The notes under the pieces are model-generated. The model searched no databases, had not been told where the DNA came from, and saw only the letters and a list, made by a program, of their open reading frames with translations. This document shows positions 7,276 to 15,805 of a DNA stretch of 58,606 bases, in pieces. The stretch lies in IMG/VR virus record IMGVR_UViG_3300043478_000020, positions 1 to 58,606 of that record. One strand, written 5' to 3'. Made by a program: the position numbers and the translations under genes. Position 1 is the first letter of the stretch; every line of letters begins with the position of its first letter. The DNA comes from a virus.

Positions 7276-8412
7276 ATGGCAGATTTGGTTGATGTGATTG
7301 GCGGCGCAGTCGATGCCGCATGGGAGGGTGGGAATGCCGACGAATCTGGGTCAAGTGATGGCGATGCATTGGGGTCAAGTGCGGAGAATGACACCAGCGA
7401 TTCAAGCGAATCTGTGGGCGGAGGCGGCGTTTCTGAGGGAACTGGAGAAACAGGAGGTGATTCAGAAGGGTCCGCAACTGATGCTGCCGCTGGAGTATCA
7501 GGAAGCGTTTCAGACGATACCGCAGCCGCTAAAGGGACAGCTAAACCTCCCGTTCTAGACGAACTCGATAAAGAGCTAGAAGCCGAGGGCATCAAAAAGC
7601 ACTCCGATGCGACCCGCGAGAACCGTATTCCCTATTCTAGAGTCAGGAAGATTGTTGAAAACACGAAGAAACGGCTGAGTGAGGCGCATACTACTGCTCT
7701 TTCGACGAAAGAAACTGAATATCGTCAGTACAAGACAAAAGCCGACCAACTTGACCTTGTAGATCGCATGATTGCAACGGATGACGATCGCTACATGCGA
7801 ACGCTAGCGATTTTGCACCCGGAAAAGTACAGCAAATACCTAAATAGAGAGCCGGTCGCAGCCAAACCCGCTACCGATCCCGACGAAGGTAAGCCGCAAC
7901 CCGATTATAAGTTCGATGATGGCACCTTCGGCTATACCGATAAACAACATCAGCGATTGATGGAGTGGTATGGGGAGAAGGCACGGAAACAAGCCGTCGC
8001 CGAGGTTGAACAGCGGTTCAAGCCGTTAGAAGACCGTTTTAAGAGCGAGGAAACGAATCGTCAACTCCAGCCTCTCATCAACGCACAACTCGCACAGGCT
8101 CGTAAGGCGTGGGGTAAGTATTTCGAGGACGACTATAAGAAAGGCCAGTCTGGGCAGTCAGAAATTATAGCATTCATGGCCCAGAACCCGGATGTGGAGT
8201 TTCATGCAGCGGTTGCCATGGTGCTGGGGCCAAAGAAGGAAGCAGAATTGGCCGCTGATCGCACCAAGATTCGTGAGGAAGTGCATGCGGAACTCAATGC
8301 CCGCCCGCATGCGGTTCAGAGACTGGTGCCGGGATCGAAGAGGCCAGTAACTGAATCATCTGGTGAGCGAACCCTTGAAGATGTGATTCGGGAGTCGATC
8401 GCAACGCTCTAA
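7276..8412 (+). CDS. putative scaffolding protein
   Basis: Lies between portal and capsid genes. Acidic low-complexity N-terminus and a long charged helical remainder. Confidence 0.5.
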   Translation: MADLVDVIGGAVDAAWEGGNADESGSSDGDALGSSAENDTSDSSESVGGGGVSEGTGETGGDSEGSATDAAAGVSGSVSDDTAAAKGTAKPPVLDELDKELEAEGIKKHSDATRENRIPYSRVRKIVENTKKRLSEAHTTALSTKETEYRQYKTKADQLDLVDRMIATDDDRYMRTLAILHPEKYSKYLNREPVAAKPATDPDEGKPQPDYKFDDGTFGYTDKQHQRLMEWYGEKARKQAVAEVEQRFKPLEDRFKSEETNRQLQPLINAQLAQARKAWGKYFEDDYKKGQSGQSEIIAFMAQNPDVEFHAAVAMVLGPKKEAELAADRTKIREEVHAELNARPHAVQRLVPGSKRPVTESSGERTLEDVIRESIATL

Positions 8413-8419
8413 CTAGATA

Positions 8420-8450
8420 AGTGGCACGATTCTTGACAGGTCGTGCCACT
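8420..8450 (+). terminator. hairpin after the scaffold gene (10-bp stem, 11-nt loop)
   Basis: AGTGGCACGA (8420..8429) pairs with TCGTGCCACT (8441..8450). Confidence 0.45.
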
Positions 8451-8462
8451 CCCTTGTATCAT
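8433..8462 (+). promoter_or_regulatory. sigma70-like promoter candidate upstream of the capsid gene
   Basis: TTGACA (8433..8438), 18-nt spacer, TATCAT (8457..8462). The -35 element lies in the loop of the hairpin. Confidence 0.4.
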
Positions 8463-8630
8463 GAAGTCACAGTGTAGATGGTTACTGTCATGAACCATTC
8501 GTCGTTCGACCCTGCTCCTTCGTAGCTCCAGTAGGAACTACCCGTAGCCACGGTGATTGGCCTTTCCGGTAACTTGCTCCCCGTATAGTGGGCATCGAAT
8601 AACGGTTACTCGCGTAAAGGTGGCATCACT

Positions 8631-9572
8631 ATGGCTCAGCCCAATCCCTCAATTAGTCAAATGGTCGCTGTTTCCTATCCGGCAGTGCTTGCTGAGATGC
8701 GGAAAGCAGCAAATCAGTGGTCCGAATCGGCGTTCATGAAAGCGTTGGAGAAGCATGGTGGCATCGATCACCGTTCGCTTGGTCCGACCATCGAAGCACC
8801 CCTTGATTATCAGCGCAATCCCGGTGCGGCATTCCTGAGTTCGGAATTGCAGGAAACGTCGATGCAGAAGACTGAGGTGGTGACCTCGGCATCCTTCACT
8901 CCTGCTGAAATGTCAGTGCCGATTGTTTGGTCGAAGCGGGATGAAGTGCAGAATCCGGCTCCGAACCAGAAGATCGCCTTGGTCAAAACGCTCTTGGAAA
9001 ACGGCATCAACTCTCACGATGACATCATCGAACAAGCCCTCTTTGCGACTTCAACGAACGGTTTCTTGGGTCTGCCGACCCATATTCCGACTTCGGGTCA
9101 GGGCAGCGACGGAGGTATTGATGCCGTCACGTATCTGTTCTGGAGAAACCAACAGGCCACCTACGTCGATGATACCGACATTGAGGCCGGGTTCACTACG
9201 GTGTTCAACGCCTGTGCGAAGGGTAGCGGCGCAAAGCTGATGCCCACGCTGATGGTCAGCGACGGTGCGACGAATGCACTGTTTGAGGGAACCCAACAGG
9301 CGCTTCAGCGTTGGTCGAATACCGACGAGATGAAGGCGGGGTTCAAGTCCCTCAAGTTCAAGAACGCGGACTACGTCTTCAGTCAGTACGGCACGACCAC
9401 GGTCTACTTCCTCAACCCGAAGAACTTCACGTTGGTGGTTTCCAAGGAGTACTTCCGGGATCGCGGTGACACGCAAGAAATCCAGAACGCCAACGGCTTC
9501 GTGACGAAGATTTACTCGGCGTTGCAGACGGTGACGAACAACAAGTCCAGGCTCGGTTGCGTCCACCTGTGA
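8631..9572 (+). CDS. major capsid protein
   Basis: 313-aa ORF after the scaffold gene, followed by a strong terminator. Has a helix-then-glycine-loop segment (LVKTLLENGINSHDDIIEQALFATSTNGFLGLP) typical of HK97-fold coat proteins. Confidence 0.7.
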   Translation: MAQPNPSISQMVAVSYPAVLAEMRKAANQWSESAFMKALEKHGGIDHRSLGPTIEAPLDYQRNPGAAFLSSELQETSMQKTEVVTSASFTPAEMSVPIVWSKRDEVQNPAPNQKIALVKTLLENGINSHDDIIEQALFATSTNGFLGLPTHIPTSGQGSDGGIDAVTYLFWRNQQATYVDDTDIEAGFTTVFNACAKGSGAKLMPTLMVSDGATNALFEGTQQALQRWSNTDEMKAGFKSLKFKNADYVFSQYGTTTVYFLNPKNFTLVVSKEYFRDRGDTQEIQNANGFVTKIYSALQTVTNNKSRLGCVHL

Positions 9573-9579
9573 TAACGGG

Positions 9580-9610
9580 AGAGGGGTAGCAGAAAACTAC
9601 CCCTCTTTAA
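9580..9610 (+). terminator. rho-independent-type terminator after the capsid gene
   Basis: AGAGGGGTAG (9580..9589), 7-nt loop, CTACCCCTCT (9597..9606), followed by TTAA. Confidence 0.6.
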
Positions 9611-9642
9611 CATCTTCTTAACGAGACTGAAAGGACACGAGT

Positions 9643-10128
9643 ATGACTGCAATGATTACGGGCGGACAGGTGGCGGTCGCCGGACAACCGGGCGATGTGG
9701 ATACCACGGCACGGAATATTCTCGGCACACGGGCCATGGGTAGGGATACGACTGGCAACAGTGCGGAGTATATCTATCTTCAGGGCATCGGCAGCACCAT
9801 CGTCGGGTCTGTCGTGACCTTCGATGAGGCGGGGCTGACGGCACTGATTGCGGCAAACGCCAAGGGTCCGGTCGCGGTCGCGACAGCCATTACCGTTGCC
9901 AGCACCTACGGATGGTATGGCATTCAGGGCACGTTCCTGACGGATGTCGTGGCAAGCTGTGCGGATAACGCGACCATTGGTCGAGAAACCACGGACGGTA
10001 AGGTCGGCGATAATCGGGCCGCGGGCGACCAGATTGCCAACGCCTTCAGTCGTGCATCCACGACCGGGGCTGCGGTGATTCTGTGTCAGTTCGATCACTC
10101 CTACGTTGACGATTTTATGGGAGTCTAA
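9643..10128 (+). CDS. possible head decoration/cement protein (161 aa)
   Basis: Assigned by position directly after the capsid gene. Ala/Gly/Thr-rich, beta-rich-looking sequence. Confidence 0.35.
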   Translation: MTAMITGGQVAVAGQPGDVDTTARNILGTRAMGRDTTGNSAEYIYLQGIGSTIVGSVVTFDEAGLTALIAANAKGPVAVATAITVASTYGWYGIQGTFLTDVVASCADNATIGRETTDGKVGDNRAAGDQIANAFSRASTTGAAVILCQFDHSYVDDFMGV

Positions 10129-10183
10129 GAGCGGCGTAGCGGTCGGGTAAGGGTAAGTCGGCGGTTCATCGGTAACAGCAAGG

Positions 10184-10209
10184 ATGAGGGGGGAATAGGC
10201 TCCCCTCAT
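10184..10209 (+). terminator. hairpin ATGAGGGG/CCCCTCAT
   Basis: 8-bp GC-rich stem read directly. Lies between 10128 and 10232. Confidence 0.4.
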
Positions 10210-10231
10210 ACCTTGAGAGAAGGATACTTCA

Positions 10232-10891
10232 ATGGCAATCTACAAAGGTCGGAGACCGTGGTTCAGTTCGTTCATTCGCTACCCGCATAACGTCAATATT
10301 CCCCGAATCAGCACAGGCGTGCCAACGGACGGAACCAGCGGCACTGGTGCTGGTGTTGACGGTCCTGGCTCACTCTACATCAACTACGCGACAGGTATCT
10401 GGTACATCAATACCAACACCAAGGCTTCCCCGACATGGACGGCTGGCGCGTCCCTGAGTGGCGCGATTACCCCAACGACTGTCGTAGCAAGTGGAGCGAT
10501 TTCCGGTACGACCATTACCGGCTCAGGTGCCATCACCACGACTGGTGCGACGGCGTCGAGTGGGTATGCAACAGGTGCGGGTGGGGCAGTGACTCAGATC
10601 ACCAACGCAAGTACTGGTGTGACCTTGAGCAAGCCGTGTGGGCAGATCACCACGGTTGCATTGACGACTGCGGGGGCTGCGGAGGAACGGTTTACCGTCA
10701 CCAATACCTTGGTCACGGCAACCGATACCATCACGCTGGGTACAACCTATAATGGTGGCGGAACGCCCATGGTAGGAGTCCTCAAAGTGGCGGCTGGTGC
10801 CTTCGACATCGTCATCACCAATCTATCCGCCTCAGCACTCGACGACGTGATGGTCATCAACTTCGCCATTCATAAAGCTGTCGCGGCGTAA
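10232..10891 (+). CDS. Thr/Gly/Ala-rich surface protein (head-fibre or decoration-like)
   Basis: 219-aa ORF with GAGAAGGA SD. Repetitive GAIT/GTTIT stretches and a C-terminal beta-sandwich-like segment. Confidence 0.4.
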   Translation: MAIYKGRRPWFSSFIRYPHNVNIPRISTGVPTDGTSGTGAGVDGPGSLYINYATGIWYINTNTKASPTWTAGASLSGAITPTTVVASGAISGTTITGSGAITTTGATASSGYATGAGGAVTQITNASTGVTLSKPCGQITTVALTTAGAAEERFTVTNTLVTATDTITLGTTYNGGGTPMVGVLKVAAGAFDIVITNLSASALDDVMVINFAIHKAVAA

Positions 10892-10902
10892 GGGGGCCAT
10901 TC

Positions 10903-13419
10903 GTGGCAAATAAAGTCAGACCGCACGCTCTGGTTCACGGGCGAACGGTAGACAATATCAATGTTCCTCTGCTCGTTGACGATGACGGAACACTTCAGAC
11001 TGCGGGAGGCGGTGGTGGCGGGAGCGGTCCTGTCACTGTCGCTGACGGGGCTGATGTCGTTGAAGGGGAACTTGCAGACGCGAAGGTGCTGGGCGACAAT
11101 GCTGGCACGATCTCGGCGAAGCTGCGCGGACTGAACCATATCTGGAATGATGTGTGGGATTCAGTCAGTCATCGGCTGAAGGTCACGCCTGATCTGCCAG
11201 CACTCGCCTCAACCTCAACCAAGCAATCAGACGGCACACAGAAGACCCAGGTGGTTGATGGGTCAGGCAATGTTATTGGAGCGACCGCGAACGCACTGGA
11301 TGTGAACATCAAGTCCGGTGCGGGGTCGGGTGGAACGGCGCTTGCCGACGAAGCAGCGTTCACACAGGGCACGACACAGATCACACCCATTGGTGGGCTG
11401 TTTAAAGCCGCCTACACTGCGCTGACCACTGGTATGGCGGGTGTGCTCAGGATCACAGCGGGTGGTGCTGCCTACGCCAATGTCGATCAAGTCCAGGGCA
11501 CGAACGTCGATGTGAACTCGGGGAGTAAGTCGGCGGGCACTATTCGGGTAGTATTGGCGACCGATCAACCGGCACTCACCAACAAGTTGTTGGTCACTCC
11601 TGATTCTGTTGCGCTTCCTGCCAATCAAAGCACAAACATCAGCCAAATTGCTGGCACTACAGCAGACACCAACTCAGGAACAAAGTCTGCCGGAACTCTC
11701 CGGGTGGTGCTGGCGACAGATCAACCAGCCCTGACCAATAAGCTACTGGTCACGCCAGACTCTGTGGCGTTGCCCGCTAACCAGAGTGTCAATGCTGCCC
11801 AACTTGCTGGAACAACTACCGATACAAACTCTGGCAACAAGTCGGCTGGAACGCTGAGAGTAGTACTGGCAACGGATCAGCCCGCACTGACGAACAAACT
11901 ACTCACAACCCCTGATCTGCCCACTGGAGCATCGACCGCTGCTAAGCAGCCGGCATTAGGCACGGCAGGTTCAGCATCGGTCGATGTCATTACCATCCAG
12001 GGTATTGCCAGTGGTACAGTCGTGCCAGTCAGTGTCGCTACCATCCCCTCACATGCGGTCACGAATGCTGGAGTATTCGCCGTTCAAGAATCTGGAACAC
12101 AAGTTCAGGTTGATGATGCCGCATTCACACCCGCTACTTCTAAGATTGTCATGGCAGGGGCGGAATTTGATGATGCCTCTCCCGATTCCGTCGATGAAGG
12201 CGATGGTGGCGCACTGCGTATGTCGGGACGGCGAGAACTCTATGTGCAGCTTCGGGATGCCGCAGGGAATGAACGAGGACTCAATGTCTCGGCAGCGGGG
12301 TCGGTGGGCGTTACTGTAGCGTCTGGAGGAGTGGCGTCGGGAGCAGTAGCGAGCGGTGCGGTCGCATCAGGTGCCGTTGCAAGTGGTGCGTTTGCATCGG
12401 GCGCGTTAGCGAGTGGATCGATTGCTGCCGGGGCGATTGCCGCAGGAGCCACATCTATCGCGGAGAACGAGGATGTGGGGTCGGCAGACGGCGATCGTGG
12501 CGTTAAGGTGCTCTTTGTTCGCAAAGCCACTCCAGCCAATACTTCAGGCAACGATGGGGACTACGAGTTTCCACAGATGTCGGCTGGTCGCGTCTGGACA
12601 TCGTCAACGATTGATGCGGCACTTCCGGTAGGTACCAACGCGATTGGCAAACTTGCGGCAAATAGTGGCGTAGACATTGGCGACGTGGATGTCACGAGTG
12701 TGCCCACTGATCCCTTCGGCGCAAACGCCGATGCCGCAAGTGCGACAGGCTCTCTTTCTGCTAAACTTCGGGGAATTGCTACGGCACTCGGGATTACCGC
12801 ACTCGATCTTGGTTCAGGTACGGGCGGGAGTCGAACCCTTCGCTGGTTCATGGACACGGCACAGTGGATTGGGGGAGCAGGAAGTGTTACGTCTGCGACT
12901 CAGCGAACAACGCTCGCGAGTGATGATCCCGCCGTAGCGGTGCTTGGTGCAACAACCGGCACGAAGGTCATCACCGACGCCAATGGCACGATTCAGCAAT
13001 ATCTCCGTGGCATCGTCTATCAGATGATTACCGCAGGGGCATCGTTCTTCACGCCTGTGCCAACGACCTCTGGTGGGTGGTCGGTGTTCAACGCAACCTC
13101 TGGTGACGGCTCAACCGCCTTGACCAACACGGCTCAAGCCATCAAAGCCAGTGCGGGGCAACTGGGCGGGTGGTATATTTACAACCCCAACTCAGTCGCA
13201 GCCTACGTGCCGATCTACAACGTCGCAGCCGCGTCTGTGACAGTCGGCACCACAAACCCGTTGATGGTATTGACGATTCCTGCTCTTTCTGCTGCAAACC
13301 TTGAACTTGTGATGGGGATTGCGTTTTCCAACGCCGGATTCTCATGTGCCGCAGCCACAACCGCAGCAGGTAATACAGCTCTTACCACTGCGCTGGAAGC
13401 CAACTTCTGGTATAAGTAA
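10903..13419 (+). CDS. tail-fibre-like protein (838 aa)
   Basis: Gly run near the N-terminus, three tandem 52-aa repeats, an (ASGAx)n run, and recurring TPDLPxxASTxxKQ motifs. Confidence 0.6.
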   Translation: MANKVRPHALVHGRTVDNINVPLLVDDDGTLQTAGGGGGGSGPVTVADGADVVEGELADAKVLGDNAGTISAKLRGLNHIWNDVWDSVSHRLKVTPDLPALASTSTKQSDGTQKTQVVDGSGNVIGATANALDVNIKSGAGSGGTALADEAAFTQGTTQITPIGGLFKAAYTALTTGMAGVLRITAGGAAYANVDQVQGTNVDVNSGSKSAGTIRVVLATDQPALTNKLLVTPDSVALPANQSTNISQIAGTTADTNSGTKSAGTLRVVLATDQPALTNKLLVTPDSVALPANQSVNAAQLAGTTTDTNSGNKSAGTLRVVLATDQPALTNKLLTTPDLPTGASTAAKQPALGTAGSASVDVITIQGIASGTVVPVSVATIPSHAVTNAGVFAVQESGTQVQVDDAAFTPATSKIVMAGAEFDDASPDSVDEGDGGALRMSGRRELYVQLRDAAGNERGLNVSAAGSVGVTVASGGVASGAVASGAVASGAVASGAFASGALASGSIAAGAIAAGATSIAENEDVGSADGDRGVKVLFVRKATPANTSGNDGDYEFPQMSAGRVWTSSTIDAALPVGTNAIGKLAANSGVDIGDVDVTSVPTDPFGANADAASATGSLSAKLRGIATALGITALDLGSGTGGSRTLRWFMDTAQWIGGAGSVTSATQRTTLASDDPAVAVLGATTGTKVITDANGTIQQYLRGIVYQMITAGASFFTPVPTTSGGWSVFNATSGDGSTALTNTAQAIKASAGQLGGWYIYNPNSVAAYVPIYNVAAASVTVGTTNPLMVLTIPALSAANLELVMGIAFSNAGFSCAAATTAAGNTALTTALEANFWYK
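11515..11930 (+). repeat. 2.7 tandem copies of a 156-nt (52-aa) coding repeat
   Basis: NSG(S/T/N)KSAGT(I/L)RVVLATDQPALTNKLLVTPDSVALPANQS... read at 11515, 11671 and 11827. The copies differ mainly at synonymous positions. Confidence 0.85.
12319..12450 (+). repeat. pentapeptide-like (A-S-G-A-x)n coding low-complexity run
   Basis: ASGGVASGAVASGAVASGAVASGAFASGALASGSIAAGAIAAGA. Confidence 0.8.
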
Positions 13420-13424
13420 TAACT

Positions 13425-14036
13425 ATGAAGCCTAAATTGATTTTCTCAGCGTGGGTTGCAGCAATTACAGTATTTCTCACTGTTGGGTTCGTGGCCTATC
13501 CCTATGCTCAGGTATCGATAGCGAACCTCTTGGTTGGCCCGCCGTCGAACAAGTCGGCGTATATCATCCCCGACCCAACGTATAACACTGGCGTTGATGG
13601 GGCTCAAGACCAACATTGTCAAATCAAAAACGACCGGGCCAACAACGGCAATCAATTAGCTCTTGCATGCTTCTCTGTCCCAGACCCTACGACCGGGTAT
13701 TGGAATGCGGTTGTGCGACTTGGTGGGTACACTGGACACGTTAGCAACCAATACTTTGGTGGCTTTGAGTTTGGCGTTGAAGGCACCCGCAACCCCACCA
13801 CAGGCGTGGAGAGCGTCAACCGCGCCTACTTGTGGGACTTCCAGTCACAGCAGACTATCTGGGAACATGACATGAGCACCAATTCCTTGGTAGTCCCTAT
13901 CAATCTCTGGACAGGTGGAAGTGTCGATGCCGCTGGTGGCGTCCACGGAAGCCAATTCTGGTCAGCCGACTGGACAAAAGGTATTACCTCTACTTCTTGT
14001 CATAAATGGAAAGACGGACTGTGCGTAGGTAAATAA
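13425..14036 (+). CDS. secreted or membrane-anchored protein (203 aa)
   Basis: N-terminal signal-like MKPKLIFSAWVAAITVFLTVGFVAYPYAQV. Confidence 0.5.
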   Translation: MKPKLIFSAWVAAITVFLTVGFVAYPYAQVSIANLLVGPPSNKSAYIIPDPTYNTGVDGAQDQHCQIKNDRANNGNQLALACFSVPDPTTGYWNAVVRLGGYTGHVSNQYFGGFEFGVEGTRNPTTGVESVNRAYLWDFQSQQTIWEHDMSTNSLVVPINLWTGGSVDAAGGVHGSQFWSADWTKGITSTSCHKWKDGLCVGK

Positions 14037-14323
14037 TGCCGCCAATCAGAAGTGTGACGATTACAAATCGAGAACTGATCATCAACGATGGCCTTACCAA
14101 TAGAGTGCCACAGAAGATAGACTATGCCCTTATCGATCCTGTGACACACGATACAGATGCAAAAGCTGAAGCGGTATTGACTGCACGGGCTGAAGAGATT
14201 GCAGATAGCAACTACAAAGTCTTTATCCACGTCTTTGAGCGGCTTCCTGTTCGCACTACAGTATTGATTTGCGATAATAACGCCGTTCGGAACATACCCG
14301 ACCGCTGGTGGGAAGACAACTAA
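14036..14323 (+). CDS. hypothetical protein (95 aa)
   Basis: ORF track entry, start-stop coupled to the upstream gene. Confidence 0.5.
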   Translation: MPPIRSVTITNRELIINDGLTNRVPQKIDYALIDPVTHDTDAKAEAVLTARAEEIADSNYKVFIHVFERLPVRTTVLICDNNAVRNIPDRWWEDN

Positions 14324-14324
14324 C

Positions 14325-15431
14325 ATGGCTGCGACATTCATCGAATCAGCCGGGGCTGCGACTCAGGACTTTGCATTTTATCAAATCACGACAGGAGCAG
14401 TGTCTATTGCGACGGATCAGCCGGGGGTAGGGTGGACAGGCACGCATACCATCAAGATCGGCTCTGGGGCTGGTCCGACAAACGCCTCGGTAAATGGTCC
14501 GAATGCCATGAGCGATGCCGGGGCGCGGGTATCGTTCTCATTCGCCTACGACACCCTCCCTGCGGCGTCTGCGCGTATCTGTACCATCAAACAGACTGGT
14601 GGCACAAGCATCTTTTCACTTTCGCTGCATACGGATGGAACGCTACTCATTACGCCCGTTGGAGCGACAACAGTCGTGGGTACGATGGTGATGGCAGCAA
14701 ATACCCGCTATCGCATCTCCTTTGCCTATACTGTCACGAATACGACGACGTTTCGGTTTGATGCTTATATCAATGGGGTACTTCAAGGGTCTGCTACTGC
14801 TGGCACGATGACCAACGTGACTGGAGTACTGGTCTCCCCCGGTATTAACACCGCAGCAGGGGCTAATCGCACCTATTGGTATGGCGATATCTACACTGAC
14901 GACGTTGCTGATTACACTGATCCCGGCTGGATTCGTGTCGTTGCCAAGCGACCGAACGCGAATGGCTCGGTCAACGGCTTCACCACACAGATCGGTGCTG
15001 GCGGTTCCGGGTATGGTAGCGGGCACAGTTCACAGGTCAACGAGCAGCCTTTGAGCCAGATCAACGGCTGGTCGATGGTTAGCGCAGGGGCGCAGGTCAC
15101 TGAGGAATACAACATCGAGGGCAAGACCGTTGGTGACTACGATACGACGAAAGCGGCCATCATCGGAGTCACTGGATGGGTCTTTGCCAAATCTCTGGCA
15201 AATGAGACAGCCTCAATCATTGTTGACGACACACTGACGAATATTGTGTTGACCTCGACAGCTGCACTTTTCACGAAATTGTCTGCGACTCCCACGGTAT
15301 ACCCGGCAGGATCGGGAGCAGATATTGGGATCAGAACAGCGACCGATCTAACCACGGTAAGTCTGTATGAGTGTGGGGTACTGATAGCGTGTGTTGATCG
15401 GCGTCCGTTGTCGTCGTGTGGGGTGGGGTGA
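14325..15431 (+). CDS. LamG/concanavalin-like jelly-roll domain protein
   Basis: The RISFAYTVTNTTTFRFDAYINGVLQGSATAG...YWYGDIYTDDV pattern is typical of laminin-G-like lectin folds. Confidence 0.45.
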   Translation: MAATFIESAGAATQDFAFYQITTGAVSIATDQPGVGWTGTHTIKIGSGAGPTNASVNGPNAMSDAGARVSFSFAYDTLPAASARICTIKQTGGTSIFSLSLHTDGTLLITPVGATTVVGTMVMAANTRYRISFAYTVTNTTTFRFDAYINGVLQGSATAGTMTNVTGVLVSPGINTAAGANRTYWYGDIYTDDVADYTDPGWIRVVAKRPNANGSVNGFTTQIGAGGSGYGSGHSSQVNEQPLSQINGWSMVSAGAQVTEEYNIEGKTVGDYDTTKAAIIGVTGWVFAKSLANETASIIVDDTLTNIVLTSTAALFTKLSATPTVYPAGSGADIGIRTATDLTTVSLYECGVLIACVDRRPLSSCGVG

Positions 15432-15436
15432 GGATT

Positions 15437-15775
15437 ATGGATACATTACGAAGATGGCTGGTAGTAGTGGGATCACTGTTGATTCGCTGGGGTTCGCCTA
15501 CGCCGACTGCTGTACCCTTCACCCCTATGAGTGAGAAGGATGCGATGTTCCTGCGGACGATGTTTATCGCACCCCCGAGAGAGGGACGAGTGGTTGAAGC
15601 TGTGCGAGAAGCCTTCACTCGCTGTGGCCTCCCGGCTGAGGAATTTAGCGACGACTTCAATCTCACGAGAACGGGCAAACTTCATGAACTCCTTCACCAT
15701 ACCGGCGACTTACTCGGCGATGGGAATCAACTCCACACCATTGGAGACGTGCGTAGACTCTTTAACGGCCAATAA
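15437..15775 (+). CDS. hypothetical protein (112 aa)
   Basis: Internal ATG of ORF 15416..15775, preceded by GGTGAGGA. Confidence 0.45.
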   Translation: MDTLRRWLVVVGSLLIRWGSPTPTAVPFTPMSEKDAMFLRTMFIAPPREGRVVEAVREAFTRCGLPAEEFSDDFNLTRTGKLHELLHHTGDLLGDGNQLHTIGDVRRLFNGQ

Positions 15776-15805
15776 GGTACACTAGAACACACAGAGGTAG
15801 GGGAT

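Noticed and set aside
7118-7595. Alternative-frame ORFs within the 5-prime part of the scaffold gene (7118..7477, 7260..7595, 7298..7558).
   Set aside because: They overlap the low-complexity acidic region of the scaffold gene, have no SD sites, and have Pro/Ser/His-rich off-frame composition.
9607-10209. Long antisense ORFs opposite well-supported genes: 9607..10209, 9051..9566, 19408..19980, 21023..21808, 29015..29569, 32403..33090, 49228..49845 and 51168..51689.
   Set aside because: They lie entirely inside stronger same-locus genes on the other strand, lack SD sites, and have the skewed Arg/Pro/Gly composition of shadow frames in GC-rich coding DNA.
10903-13419. Possibility that the repeats in the fibre gene are a diversity-generating retroelement (template/variable repeat pair).
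   Set aside because: No reverse transcriptase gene is present in the genome. The repeats are tandem and in-frame, and they differ at synonymous sites rather than at adenine-specific positions.
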